Assembly: GCA_003344405.1 (NCBI GenBank)
Contig: NOWV01000020.1
Span: 310,001-374,000, forward strand
Length of the DNA stretch: 64,000 nt
DNA from: Trichoplax sp. H2
Taxonomy: Eukaryota
Direction of reading: 5' to 3'
The notes beneath the pieces are model-generated. The model did no database searches, was not told the DNA's origin, and worked only from the letters and a program-made list of their open reading frames with translations. Position numbers and translations under genes: made by a program. Shown here in pieces: positions 1-13,762 of this stretch (position 1 is its first letter; each line of letters begins with the position of its first letter).

Positions 1-61
1 ATAAATACAATTCGTAGAGACTTGTCTAATAAATTTTTATCTTTTAAATATTATTTCCAAG

Positions 62-598
62 GATAAAGAGGGTATAGACGATTCAGCGGTTACTGGATCT
101 TATGAAGGTACGCTAGGAATTGAAAGTCGGCGCGAAAGTTTTATGGAGGAGGATGATTTCGTTATGGTAGATTTGGTAAGGATAATTTGATCACTATAAA
201 TAATAAGACATTACGTTGCAATGCTTGATATATGTATATTCGAAGATTCACTTATAAACATATATTACAGAACCCAGCGTTTGCTACAACACCTTCGCTG
301 GAATCCGATTTAGCTGCGTTTTATCGCGCGTGTCAATCTGCACCTAGACTTAGAATGTTCGATAATGATACAGCTCTTGACCTTACTGCACAAGGCCTCG
401 TAAGTTGCGCGTTTGATGTTAGTTAAGGGATATTAAATACTAAGTCAATATCTATCTTAAAATAAATAGCTAGGATCATGATTAATATTCTATGTCTAAT
501 TAAAATCTTAGGATACGATTGGGCAAGAATTAGACAACTTTAAAAAATTAGGAGAAGAATTTGAAAGCTCTTTGGGCCCATACGTAAAATTTGAATAG
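62..598 (+). CDS. ATG13: Autophagy-related protein 13, last three exons (62-175, 271-399, 512-598); 5' part lies outside the window
   Basis: Spliced translation ...FMEEDDFVMVDL|NPAFATTPSLESDLAAFYRACQSAPRLRMF...|DTIGQELDNFKKLGEEFESSLGPYVKFE* resembles the ATG13 C-terminus (LIR motif DDFVM, then PAF...DLxxFYR..QxxPxL). Both introns are GT-AG, phase 0. Confidence 0.85.
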
Positions 599-2024
599 GC
601 TGCGTCAGTTTTTTAAAATGAAAAAATTGGCGATAGTGTCAGTAGTACTAGGCTTTACTGTACAAATGTACCTATAAAGCGATAAGTACACTCAATTTGG
701 ACTGTATTTTTGTATGTTGATTCTGTACGATAAGTAAGTATTCATGTAATTCGTATGTTGCGAAAGAGTTTTTGCACAAGTCGCAAGCAAGATTCTATAA
801 TAATCTAATTAAAAATTGCAACTATAAAACGTTAGGTTGCGTCCGACGATATCATCGCCTTCAGATTTATGTCTATTTGAAAAATTGTATTTATTTCATT
901 ATAGCGATGATTACTGTTTTTGTTTATTTGTGGCTAAAGTATTTGCGTTTCGGAAGCCACCTATGCTGCGAGTTGGCTAAATTTCGATAGGGATTATCAT
1001 GGGGGTAAATATAATCTTTCGTACAACTATGGGGCTTGTAGCACTGCTTTACTATCAGCTCATACTTTTAAAACACTGTACAGTCGAAATAATATTAACA
1101 TTGTCACTGTATACGTAACTAAGTTGTGATATAAAAAAATTAACTGATTACAAAACTTTTGTTTCCTTTACTAGATTTGTAAAGAATTTTAGTAACGGTT
1201 ATAACTGAATTTCCTTAGTAACAAACTTTAAACAAAAATCACGCTTTTTGCTCAGTATCAGTTATTTCAGCTATTTTAGTCAAAGTAAAGAAATTGTCTG
1301 ATTTATTGTCTAATATTTACCAGTATTGTTTATGAACGAATTGTTTTGACACTTATGTTTATAATCATATGCTTTCTGGAACTTGCACCAACAACTATTA
1401 CGACTCAAATTTTAAGTATGCAAGCTTGTATATTTATTTCATTCTGAAATACTGTACTATAGTTACGGTATTTTAATAATTTTTTTAAGGCAAATCATTT
1501 CAAAGAATCAAAAATATTACGTACATATATATATATATATATAAATGTACACTAAATCAGCGGACAAATAAAAATGAAGAAAATGGAAAGTTAAATTGAT
1601 AATTGGATTAATAATGTGCTTGTAGATCCTTTCAGTATGCAATTAAAGTTATTCGTAAACATGGTAGGAGTGCATAGTTACGTGTCTACAAGACAAGAAC
1701 ATAATAAATAGATTTGTAATGCCATTCCACTTAGAAGTACGTTCGATACTAACTTAGCGACTATTTTAATACCAATTTGAGTAATCCTGATATAAACATT
1801 GGCTTAAAATTTAGCGTGAAAGATCATAGTTTCAACTAATCATTTACGAGATTATATCTGTAAAAGTAAAAGAGCCCCCGGTTTAGTAATCAATTCAGCT
1901 ACGTTACCGTATAATACACCTTAAATGTTCATCTACTTTTTAGTTCGGTTGGATAATATTATACAAGTAAAAATTTTAAGCTACTTTCAATTTTCTCACC
2001 GTATAATTCGTTCCCCATTTGAAA

Positions 2025-3776
2025 ATGATAACGGAATATAGAAATTTTTCCAATGTCTATCACGATGATAATCTATCGGATGTCAGGCATTTATGTAATG
2101 ATTTTGTTGGTAAGGAATCCCAATCGTATATTCACAGGAACAGTAGGCAAGGAATAAATGTAACATGTAGCTATTGTAAAATGAAATTTGTTCACGCTTC
2201 GCATTTTTTAAATCATTTATGTCAATTTCATGACATCGACGAAGAGAATGCCAAACATCTAGTATCACTTCATCAACAAGATGCAAGTAGTAAAAGTCCT
2301 CCGGATCAATCTATTCAACCAATTATAATAGAAGACGATGATGATGATGATATCGACGATAATTATAATGGCAAGATGACTAGCAGTGTAATGGTCAATA
2401 AAATCAAGTGTCGCTATTGCAATAAACTTATGCTTAGCGTGGCTCAATTAAAACGACATGTTCAACAGCATACTGGAATTAAATCTCATCGATGCAAGAT
2501 ATGCGGAAAAACTTTTAAAAGTTACTGTAACTACAGAAAGCATACATGGACCCATCGACAAAGCGGAATACAGTGTCCTGAATGTCATCGCTATTTCAAA
2601 TCAGAAAAGACGTTAAGATCACATTCCATCCTACATTCTACTCAAGTTGCTATTTATTGTTCATTATGTCATCGTAGTTTAAAAAATCTATCAGGATTTA
2701 AAATACATCTAAAAAAATTACACAAAGAATTAAGTAAAACTGAGGTTAAACAGCTTTTAGAGCAAGCACAGCAATATCAAGATCAGCCGCATCTAGATAA
2801 GCGGCAATCAAATTCAGAAAACTTGATTAATATAGGAGTAGTGAATGGGATAAAGCGTTTCAAACAAATTAATCAAAAGGTAACATCCCCTCTTAATAAC
2901 GGTAATGAATCATCTCAAATTGCGTTAGAGGATGATGGAGAGGAAATAGACATCGATATAAGCGATAATGCTGATGATTGTTATCAGAAACAGATGATTA
3001 AGGTAAAACAGGATGCAGATACTATTCAATTAAAAATTCGAAAACAATCTATTGATAGTTGCCATGATCGAAAAGGAGCTACGATCGTAGTTAATGAAAA
3101 CGAAATCAACTATACAGTATCGCCAATGCAACGTGATGGGTCTCACACGGAGATAAATTCTACCAATCAAGCTAGACAATTTGTTCAGGAAATTTCTCAA
3201 GCCTTATCTAGATCCAGCTCGAAGATCATATCAAATTGTCAAAGTAAACGTCAAGGCTGTTCTACTATCACTAAAAACTCGGAGGTTTCATTTAAAGTTC
3301 CAAAAGTAGATGCAGCTACGTTAAAAAAATCGAATTTGACAACTGCAATAAATTCTAACGGTATGTTTGATACGCAGGATTTCAGTCGACAAATACAACG
3401 AGACTGCCAAGATACTACAGGAGAATTGCAAGCGGAAACAGAACTAAAGAACGCAATACCTCAACATTCTATGATTGTTAAGCGATCCAATGAAAATTAT
3501 TGTAGGCATAGCAATGCAGTCCATATGTCATATCAGGATTCTACCACTACAGAAACGAATAGCCAATATGGCAAAAGTGTAGAAGACAACAGTAGCTGTA
3601 CAGAGCAACAATTGCTATCAGACGTAGAAAGCGAAACTGATATCGAAAATGATGAAACCGATTCTGTATTGAATATATCTTGGTCTTGGATTCATGAGAT
3701 TCAATCTCAATTGTTAGGTAATACTAGTAAGGAAGAAATGGATATACAAATCTATAGTGATTCTGATTGGGAATGA
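2025..3776 (+). CDS. C2H2 zinc-finger protein (about 5 fingers, long disordered acidic C-terminus), apparently one coding exon
   Basis: The long ORF has CxxC...HxxxH repeats (CSYC, CRYC, CKIC, CPEC, CSLC) and an HTGIKSH linker. The first ATG is at 2025; the ORF track starts on a TTG at 2019. An upstream exon cannot be excluded. Confidence 0.85.
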   Translation: MITEYRNFSNVYHDDNLSDVRHLCNDFVGKESQSYIHRNSRQGINVTCSYCKMKFVHASHFLNHLCQFHDIDEENAKHLVSLHQQDASSKSPPDQSIQPIIIEDDDDDDIDDNYNGKMTSSVMVNKIKCRYCNKLMLSVAQLKRHVQQHTGIKSHRCKICGKTFKSYCNYRKHTWTHRQSGIQCPECHRYFKSEKTLRSHSILHSTQVAIYCSLCHRSLKNLSGFKIHLKKLHKELSKTEVKQLLEQAQQYQDQPHLDKRQSNSENLINIGVVNGIKRFKQINQKVTSPLNNGNESSQIALEDDGEEIDIDISDNADDCYQKQMIKVKQDADTIQLKIRKQSIDSCHDRKGATIVVNENEINYTVSPMQRDGSHTEINSTNQARQFVQEISQALSRSSSKIISNCQSKRQGCSTITKNSEVSFKVPKVDAATLKKSNLTTAINSNGMFDTQDFSRQIQRDCQDTTGELQAETELKNAIPQHSMIVKRSNENYCRHSNAVHMSYQDSTTTETNSQYGKSVEDNSSCTEQQLLSDVESETDIENDETDSVLNISWSWIHEIQSQLLGNTSKEEMDIQIYSDSDWE

Positions 3777-4335
3777 CCGAATCGAATCAACTGTAAATTC
3801 TGTTAGATTATTGCTAGTAGAAAAGTGACTTAACAACGGATGCGCTATCTTAAGCAATCCATATCTACGTTCAGCAAGTAATACTGTTCTCTTAATATAC
3901 TTGTAAACTGTATGCAGTACTTTACGGTTGCTTTGTTCTTATTGATTGATTTAAATTACCTGATATCATATCAGACAATTACTGTAAGAATTAATTAAAT
4001 CATAACGCAATATGTGCATTGGTAGTAAACAATATAGCACAACAGGAGAGAAATTTATAATTTCTAATGTAGTAAACGATAATGACGAAAAAATTTTTCA
4101 CTGTAATGATTTTGTTAATTGATATAAAACACTTTTATTGCCATATTTTAAACATTAACTACACCTTAAATAATGCAAAATACTTGGTATGCAGTTATAT
4201 TTAATTTAAGTTATGCAATATTAGGTGATTATCACCTTGATTACTATAGTTATGGCTTTCAAACTTATAGATTTTACAATCTTGTACATCTTACAGGATG
4301 AGAAAATTCATGATACAGTACGAAGAAATAAAAAT

Positions 4336-7300
4336 TTATTCTTGACCATATATACACCACCCGATAAGTTTTCGTTTGAGTAAATCATAGTCTTTAGAAT
4401 CTGTAATTACAGTACATTGCACAATCACATAAAGAAAGACCAATATTGCTCATTCAGATGTAATAACTTACCCTTAGTAATCCCTTTTTTTCGTAATATT
4501 TGATCAATTGCTACAACCGCCTGAAAATAAATTGAATAAAATAGAGAATTGAATTACAATTTTAAGTACTTTATAGAGTAAAAGCCAAATAGCCATGTTT
4601 ACTTCATTAGGTAGTTTGTCAAGCAAAGACTGCAACTTTCTTGTAGGTAATTTCACGTTATAATACAGATCTATGTAACCATTGAAGGTAACATATACTA
4701 AACAACGAACATTTTGACCAGGGGTCACTGCATATTTTCCTAAATGGTTAGAACAAATAAGAGTATTATTGTAATTACCAGCTCCGAAGAAAGGTATCAA
4801 AATAGCAATCAATTAAATTTCACCAACTTCTGATCATAATATAAATGAGGAAATGCAAGTAATTTTTTATTTAGGTTAAATAAACTTAAACTTACCACAA
4901 ACAAATGCGATTATATTGTCGCCATAATTAAATCGAACCATATCACCTTTGCCATCGTTAAAGTATGTAACACCGTCCCAAGCTGTCAGAACGACACAAT
5001 CATATCCACCGTCCTTAGAAATCCATTCAATACAATATTAGTAACTGGATAATTTCACGTAATTTATGTATAAATTCTGTCAATCAGTAGAAATTAAAAG
5101 TGTTATATCATTTAGAGTAACAAAATTACCATAAGATCTAGTTTATTAAGAGCAAATAGTTGATGAGTGACTTGTCCAGACCAGATAGGTTTATAGAACT
5201 GATCACACAATAAAATATCTCCTTTATAAAAATCAAATAAAATCATAGTTAGCGCCTTATAACGATATTGTCAAACTCACAGTCAGTTATGTAATGCGCA
5301 TCGTAAAACTTTCATAGATACGAGTATAGTGAATTACTTTACATATTAATCCAAATTACCGTTTAACGTGCATAGAGCTTTCAATTCCTTTACTCCATCA
5401 TCAGAATCTGTCGGGTTATAAGGAAAGATAAGGTAGGAATCACACAGATTTTCAGCTATAATTTAAAAAGGAATATCTTTGCTTTCAATTAAATAAACCA
5501 ATCAGTTTAACTAACTTATTTTAATTCCATTAAGAAACTGCGTCATGGTGCTGGTGGTCCTACAATTGGTCAATGAACAGTATTCGACAGTACTGTCGTT
5601 TCTTGACATTACTCTGCTCTCACTAGGGTTTCTAGTTAACACAGTAAGTATAACAGTAATATTAAGTCTTTTTAGCAGATATGACAAAATTCTCACCTGA
5701 TCGTTAAATGAGGTTATGACGAAAAATTTTTACTAATTTACTTAAAACTGTGGGCACTGCTTTCGGATTCACTGGCTTCCATATACTTTGTGTCTTGAAA
5801 GGAACTCTTTCCAAACGATCCTACAAGATCCTCCACTAGATCTGTAGAGATATCAGAACTTATAGATGTATTTTTTCCTTCTAACATTAAGTAAGCATAT
5901 GTACAATCTGGCTGTGATGCAATCAGGTAATATTGATTATCCATCGATGTAGCTGACGCTATTGTCTCTATCTATTAAGTATTTATATAGGAATTTGATT
6001 GATCATTCGAATAGTACATGGTCTTTTAGTAATTCAACGTATTAGTAACTATTTTACCTGCCCCTTTAGAGACCATTTATGTAAAAGTGTTAACTGCGAT
6101 GAAGTTGATTGGATGCCTTGCTCTTCATTTGACAGCGTCACTGGTGCATATCTATACAATCTCACAACTCTATCTACGTAAGCTACAGCTAATTCTTGTT
6201 TTCCGTCGCCGTCTGTCCAAGATAGAAAAAAATTACATAATGTCAATTAAAATCAGTAGTTCAAGTTATAGTTTCTATAAATTGCTTTTTGGTATTTACC
6301 AATATCTCGTAAAAGCAAAACTTTGCTATTGGCTAACATCCGTTGAGTAAATAATAGCTTGATAGATTTATCTTCTTTCTGTTCATCCTAATTGATAATA
6401 AGTAGTACTGTAGTCTCAAACAGGGCTACATTCGTCAATTATTTATATAACTTTATAAAGGAACACTCATTGAATTCCTACTTTTACCCCTTGAGGTCCA
6501 GAGCAGTCAAAGACTCGACATAAGCCAGCGGCATTCATGCAAACTAAATAATTCTGTTTATTTATTAAAAGAATTGATGTCTATTGAGTGGAGAATCAGA
6601 GTCTTGAACATTTAATAGAAATATTCATTTGGTCCAAAGATGTAGTAGCGGGTGTAACTTGTAATAATTGCTATTTACTACGGTAGAATACTTGCAGTTG
6701 TTAACATTACCTTTCCTTTATTCAAAATGTCCCCAATCGCAAGACAAGTGATCTAAAAATAGGATAATTTACTTTTCAGATTAATAGTCCATCCTAAGAT
6801 AGCATCATTAGATTCAATTGATATCAATACAATTACTATAACGTATACGTGATTATCATAAATATTGATTAAATGATATAGAAGCATACAAAATAACCGC
6901 AAGTCTTATAAACACAATGTTAAAAATGTGTTGACAACCATTAAATAATTGTAGCAACTTTGATCACAATAAATTCTTTGTATTATTATAGTTGAGTACA
7001 TAGGACAGTGTTGTATCTTGCTTGAATCATTAGTGAGTTCACTCACAAATCCTAAACAGATTTTAGCTATTTCGTTACGTTGTTGAGTGAGTAGATTTGT
7101 AATATTATATTTGTTATTATATACTCGTACTTTTATAGTGGAGTGTTATAGCGATGATATAATGGTTCATAATAACATTGATTTATACTGTTTGTCAGGT
7201 AATCAAGTAGTGCACATACGAGTTGAAATCAATAATCGAAGTGATTGGATGTACAGTAACTTGCGTTAACCTTTTATTGCACGCAACTATTAACTGTATA

Positions 7301-8548
7301 AACGGCTTTTTATCATTTTATGATTAAATAGACGCCAAGTTCAGAATGCAGTTGTATGAATTTATAAACGTAATAGTATGTATTCACAGTAAATAGTAAC
7401 AAATGCAACTATTTATCCATTTTATGCACAATTATCTCAACACGGTGTACAATACAGCGTTCATAACTATTACCGTTCCTAATCCGGTTGCTCGTTTCCA
7501 ATAGGGTAGTATATTGCCTTTCTTAATCTCCAGCACTCCATGAATATTGCCGATCGCTAATTCATTATCCTGCGAATAAGTACAGACAACTCAGTACAGT
7601 CTGATTACAATATGGTAATGCTGCAGCTATTGACTACGATGCATTTACACCTTTATTCCAGAATCGAATATACAAATGTAGCTTTATTACAGAATCATAA
7701 CGCTACAGGTGTTCATTATGATGAGTTTATATCATTTTTAAATTATACCGTCACTTTATGCGTAAATGATGCGGTAAAGCACGGGAAGCAGATCTATAAT
7801 TGGAACACTTACTGTAAGATACGATGCTATTACCTAACTAGCACCATCCTGATGGTGCCTGTGTCAAACGATGGTAAATAAACTATCCCTATAATTGCAT
7901 CTGCCAATCGATTGTAAATAAGTTGGAGAAATCAAATACGGAATCGAGACAAACTAGCAACATTGTAGACGGTACCGCGTTCAATCGATCATCCATGTAA
8001 ACAAAGGGACCAAATTACTGAATGGACATTAAGATATCGTATTAACTAACTAGCACTATCCTAATCGGTGCCATTATTATCAATCCGATCATTCATGTCG
8101 ACAAATTGGAGAAATCAAGTGCAAAATAGACATTACCGTACTTTAAAGATACAGTAGTTAGCAAACCAATACTATCCTCGTAGAGGCGTTTCAACCGATT
8201 GTAAACAAATTGGAGGGTTCCACTACAGAATCGATATTACAGTAACTAGCACATCACCGCTAACGATCGTTTATAGAAACAAATTCAAGAAATCAAATGC
8301 AGAATCGATCGACACCAAATATCCTAACGCTGCCTTCATGAATCGATCATTTATAGGAATAAATTGGAGAAATTAAAGACAGAATGAACATTTTAATTCA
8401 TTCATAGATTAATTAATTCTTGTATTCAGTTGGATATTTTTGACATACGTACACCATCGTTACCGACATCTCCTAATACAACAGCTTGGGGGAAAAGATT
8501 GCCGGAGAAACTAAAGCTTAATTTCTCCACGAATGAGGCAGCATTCAT
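4336..8548 (-). CDS. ITFG2: KICSTOR subunit ITFG2 (FG-GAP repeat protein), multi-exon
   Basis: Exon 1 (8548-8453) reads MNAASFVEKLSFSFSGNLFPQAVVLGDVGNDG. Later exons read DNELAIGNIHG.., ITCLAIGDILNKGK, NYLVCMNAAGLCRVFD, DGDGKQELAVAYVDRVVRLY and CLVYVTFNGYIDLY. The last exon is ...LIGWCIYGQE* with the stop at 4336-4338. This resembles ITFG2 along its length. Confidence 0.88.
7830..8400. repeat. Degenerate tandem repeat (about 80-100 bp unit, about 6 copies) in ITFG2 intron 1
   Basis: Core acaaattggagaaatcaaat.cagaatcga recurs near 7916, 8001, 8101, 8205, 8279 and 8361. Confidence 0.7.
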
Positions 8549-8685
8549 ATTACATTCGTTCGTTAATGAATTGATCAGCTCTTTTGATTCGTTATAACTG
8601 TAAATCCAGGCTAGAATTCAAGTAGAACCATAGCTTGTTGCCTTTCTAATCGCATTTGAGCTCGTCTCGTTTAGAGATACTTTGA

Positions 8686-9431
8686 CAAGTCGCAGCTTGA
8701 AACAGAGATCGAAAGTATTACTTTTGACCAAAGTAGTTTCAGTATTGTCCTTCTACTATAGAGTACAGTAGAAGAGCAGTAACTAGGCCACAGTGTACAG
8801 TAGTAGAGACTGTAGTGCACAGTACTACATACTGTACAGTACTATACTGTAGACTTGCGGCTGTTCACAATAGTAGTGAGCTGCTTGTGTAAAACAAGTG
8901 TCGCAAGCTTCATCAGCTTTCGACCTCAAGTCGCAGCTTGAAACAGAGATCGAACGTAGTACTTTTGACCAAAATGGTTCAGTATTGTCCTTCTACTATA
9001 CAGTTACAGTAGAAGAGCAGTAACTAGGCCACAGTGTACTGTACAGTAGTAGAGACTGTAGTGTACAGTACTACAGACTGTGCAGGACTACTGTATACTG
9101 TACTGTAGACTCACGGCTGTTCACAATAGTAGTACTGTAAGCTGCTTGTGTAAAACAAATGTCACAAGCTTCATCAGCTTTCGACCTCAAGTCGCAGCTT
9201 GAAACAGAGATCGAAAGTAGTACTTTTGACCAAAATGGTTTCAGTATTGTCCTTCTACTATACTGTACAGTGTACAGTAGAAGAGCATGAACTAGGCCAC
9301 AGTGTACAGTAGTCGAGACTGTAGCGTACAGTACTTTAGACGATACTATTGTACTGTAGTCTCACTGCTGTTCACAATAGTAAGTAAGCTGCTTGTGTAA
9401 AACAAATGTCACAATCTTTATCAGCTTTCGA
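8686..9431. repeat. Three-copy tandem repeat of about 240-260 bp in the ITFG2/SNRNP70 divergent promoter
   Basis: Units start caagtcgcagcttgaaacagagatcga at 8686, 8927 and 9188 and end catcagctttcga. They differ mainly by small tactg/tacag indels. Confidence 0.95.
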
Positions 9432-9938
9432 AGTCATTTACACTAAAACGTCAACACTTAAAACGACATCTGCTTTACACATTGGCATCGTGTTTAGTAT
9501 AACATAGGCGCCGGAGCCGATGCACGTGTGCCTACAGTACTGTGCACAATGAAATGACTGAATAATCATCTGAGTGTACTGTAGACTGTACGATTGACAG
9601 TATACCTACTGGTACAGGCTGCTAAATCAATACTATACTTGTTAGTCAGATTGGCAATAGCTTACTACTGGACACGCAAAAGACAGCAAGAGAGGGACGC
9701 TAGCTTGTCGGTACAGTACGCTACTGTATCGTACTACTGCTCAAGCCTCAAGCCTTGAGGCCCTTCACTAAGGCCAGACGTCCAAAAACTATGGCGGCGG
9801 GATTAGCCTAGCTAAAGAAGTTGTTCAATTCTCTTTTCAATCTTCTCTACTTTCGTCCTTGCCAACACTATTCTACAGTGAAAAAATTGAAGAATAACTA
9901 GAAATATCGGGCAGTATAGAAACTATTCAGAAACGACA

Positions 9939-12900
9939 ATGACTTACTGCCTTCCACCGCATTTATCGGCCTTCTTTACACCCAAGGAACCGATCAAGTA
10001 TTTGCCACCTTTAGATACTCCATCGCATTTACGAAAAAGAAGGCCTTATACTGGTGTTAGTGTTTTCCTATCGCAATTTGAGGTAAGATACCTGCTAAAA
10101 GTTAGCTTAAAACATGGTGATGTCATTACACTTGGTAGACTATTGTCAAATTGATTGGATCGACGATGGTAGTCGATCGAAATAGGAATAAACTTGAAAT
10201 AATGACTAAATGACACCATACGCATTTACTGAACTGTAATATTTGAAATTGACAGACTGTTCGAAATAGTGCTCCCAGTGTGGTTACGGAAACAAGAGAA
10301 GAGAAGAGAACGCGCCAGGTCAGATATCTTGAGCTAGACATAAACGATGGTTGTATTGCTTGTTTTTTTACATAGGTGTAGAGTAATTATAGAGAGCACG
10401 ATTGAATATAAGCGTTGAAGTCTACTAGTCTAAATCAGTAGCATACTTTACATACGTGCAATAGTAAATTTCACATTTTCAAAGTCAAGGGATTGCTTCA
10501 ACTGAGATTATATCGAAAAATTGAAATCAAACCTACTCTACACATACAGTGTTAAGATCAGTTGTACTATTGATGCGACTACAGCATTACCAATAAATTA
10601 TATATATACGCGTATGTCTAATTGTGATTTGATACAGTTTATACAGTATCTGTTTACGTACTTTCAAGCATCTAGCATGCGATGCGTCCAACTTGATATT
10701 CACATAGTATGCAATGCATTTCTATCGTACTGTAAATTAAAGCTCTCATTAAAATGATTATATGGTCTGTTTTTATATCCACTGAATTCTAAATATGTCA
10801 AGAGATGCTTGCTGATATTCAATAATAATACGTAATGTCTTTTGATGTAAAGTCCTTTCCTACTGTTGTATTAATTAGAAAAAAGAACGCTTGGATAAAG
10901 TATCAGCAAAACTACAAAACGATTTAGCACAATGTAAGAAAATTGAATTCTTATAGACCTTGTACGAAATGGGACTATCTATCACCACTGCAATAAATGC
11001 ATGCCGTTCCACAATGACAATCTTGTATCAGCGATGGTCTTTACATTCAGATTTTTCAACTCATTTCTATACTTATACTATGTTGCGTTTAGGGGATCCT
11101 CATAACAATCCTAAAGGTACAGAAGATCCATTCAAGACTTTGCTAGTTGCAAGATTGGTACGTAAAAAAGAGTTGATATAGGAATATTACTGGGCGATTA
11201 ATCGCAATGATGTTGTATGAAATTTTCCAACATAGATAAAGTTAAATACTCTATGCAACATAATTCAATCTAGAAAGCTTGAAAGGTTATCGTAATTTGA
11301 TTTTACAGAGTTATGATACAACTGAATCAAAGCTAAGACGTGAGCTAGAAGCCTACGGCAGTGTCAAGTCTGTAAGTCTAATAATACGTCCAGAACATAT
11401 ATTGAGTGACATCGTGATACCTAGAACTTATCACGGTGAAACATGATTAATTTATAAATATACTGTACTTCATGTATCAAAATAATCGATAGTCAGTCTA
11501 ACGACAGATGAAAGGGCGTATTTCAATCTCAGCTATAATTGGAAAATGCTTGTAGAGATAATTTGCTAGTGGATATTATACTGTAAAAATACCACAACAT
11601 ATTGTAATAAGTAATTTCCTTGCTACAAAGATATGCATAGTGAACAATGATGAAATTTTTGCCATCTATTGCTGGTTATTGTTACAAGTTTCAATCAGCA
11701 ATATGAAGATGTGTTATTCACACTGTCTGATTTCACTTAGCCATCGCATAATCTTAATGTCTATCTTGAACAATAGTAATGGATAATAAAATCATCAGTG
11801 TTACGTGCTATAGTCAATTGTAAACTGTTCGTGGATCCTATAACTAATGTAAATTCTTGTATGCTGCCATTTTGTTACAATACTTATAGGTACGGTCGAT
11901 ATATGATCTTTCTGGTAAACCAAAGGGGTATGCTTTTGTAGAATTTGAGCATGAGCGAGATATGAAAGGTGAGCTAGAATGCATCGATTAATAATATAAG
12001 TATGAATAACTTTTAGATCTTTGATTCAATTTTGTCCTTATAATGCTATCTACTCTTCATCGTGCGTCCTTGTGAGTTATTTCAACGAAGACGGTGATAC
12101 GTATTTAAGTATTCGATCAATCTTTTGATCGTTGTATAGGATTATTAGTTCTGAAGTGCGATATCATAATCTCGAATACAATATTTAGGCCAATTACGTA
12201 ATATAATACAAATTTGCGATTCGCAATGATCCGTTAAGAGTCCATATACGCAGATATATACTATTTTGTCAGCATATTTCACGTATGTAGTAGATTCGTA
12301 TGCATAAAACTACCTATCTATTAAAACTGACTAGTTTGGTAAACAGTACTTGTAGTATTGGCTGCATCGCCAGTTATAAGTATGAACGTGCAAACGTGAA
12401 TGGAAATTTTTTTATTCTCGTTAATAGTCTATTTATTATTTTGAACATGGCGAATTTGTATACTACTTTGTTTATGTACCTTATTTGCATCAATTATATC
12501 TGCTTTACGAAAGTTTTTATGTACTCTGCAGAACCTTTGTATAAGTAAAAAATCAGTTATCATCCAAGCGGTAGGCATCCATATAGCATTTATAGTATAT
12601 AATAAGCTTTGAGGCTGTAGACTCCTACACAACAGGACGTTCTTTATCGTTGGGTTATGGCGTGAAAAGATATGTTATAAATCATGGTAGTATTATATAA
12701 GGTATAAACAGTGATAGAGGTAAATTCCGGATCTGCATAGACTCTTAAGGTTAAATTTTAATTGATACAACCACATCCAGCAATGCGGATATACAATATT
12801 GATTCGCAGCTCTAATGGTTTAATGCAAAAGTTCGTCGGGATCATTCACATACTAGATTTTGGCTTCGTACCATCGTTTTGTACCACGCTACTTATAATT

Positions 12901-13762
12901 CAACTTCCATGTTATATTGTTGGTGTTGGTAAATTTTTTATTTTAATCATTGTAAAACTGTATAATAAATTGTTAATGATTACCGTAGCTGCGTATAAAT
13001 ACGCTGATGGTAAGAAAGTAGATGGACGGCGAATACTAGTGGATGTGGAGCGATCGCGCACTGTCAAGAATTGGCTACCTAGGCGACTTGGTAAGTGCAA
13101 AAAATTTGCATTCCGAAAGTTTGTAGAAAGTGTAGAATAATGCAACAGAAATATAACAATGTTACTATAGAGTGCATTGTTTTGCTAACGCCTGACATGT
13201 AATTAATAGGAGGTGGATTAGGAGGTACCCGTCTAGGTGGTGAAGATATCAACGTCAAGCATTCAGGGCGTGAAGAAAACAGAATGGATGATAGGTACTT
13301 GCTGCAATGCATTCTTTAATTAGAATTGTTAGTAGCGATATAGTTGTTATTTGTCTAAAATTGTGCTTACCTTGCAGTAGAGTTGGAGGAGATCGTAAAG
13401 TTTCACCTGATCGAGGTCTAGATAGGGATAGAAACAGAGATAGACGAGACAGAGATAGAGGAGACACAGAGAGATACAGAGGCAGAGATAGAGACAGGGA
13501 TCGTGAAAGAGATCGTGATCGTGATCGTGACCGATATCGACCCAGATATGATGATCCAAACAGTGGCTATCGTGGTAGAGGTAGGGATTACAGAGATCGA
13601 GATCGAGAAAGAGACCGCAGAGATAGAGACCGTGATAGAGACCGTGATAGAGACCGAGATCGAGGTAGAGATAGGAGACATGATAGATCTAGGTCCCGAG
13701 AGCGTCGAGATTACGATAGAAGAAAAGATGTCGAAAGTGGTGAAATTGTTGAAGATATATAA
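9939..13762 (+). CDS. SNRNP70: U1 snRNP 70 kDa protein; exons 9939-10082, 10256-10318, 10879-10933, 11093-11157, 11309-11371, 11890-11968, 12989-13090, 13210-13294, 13378(or 13381)-13762
   Basis: N-terminus [45 protein letters not shown]1 [59 protein letters not shown]-rich tail. All introns are GT-AG and keep the frame. Confidence 0.97.
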
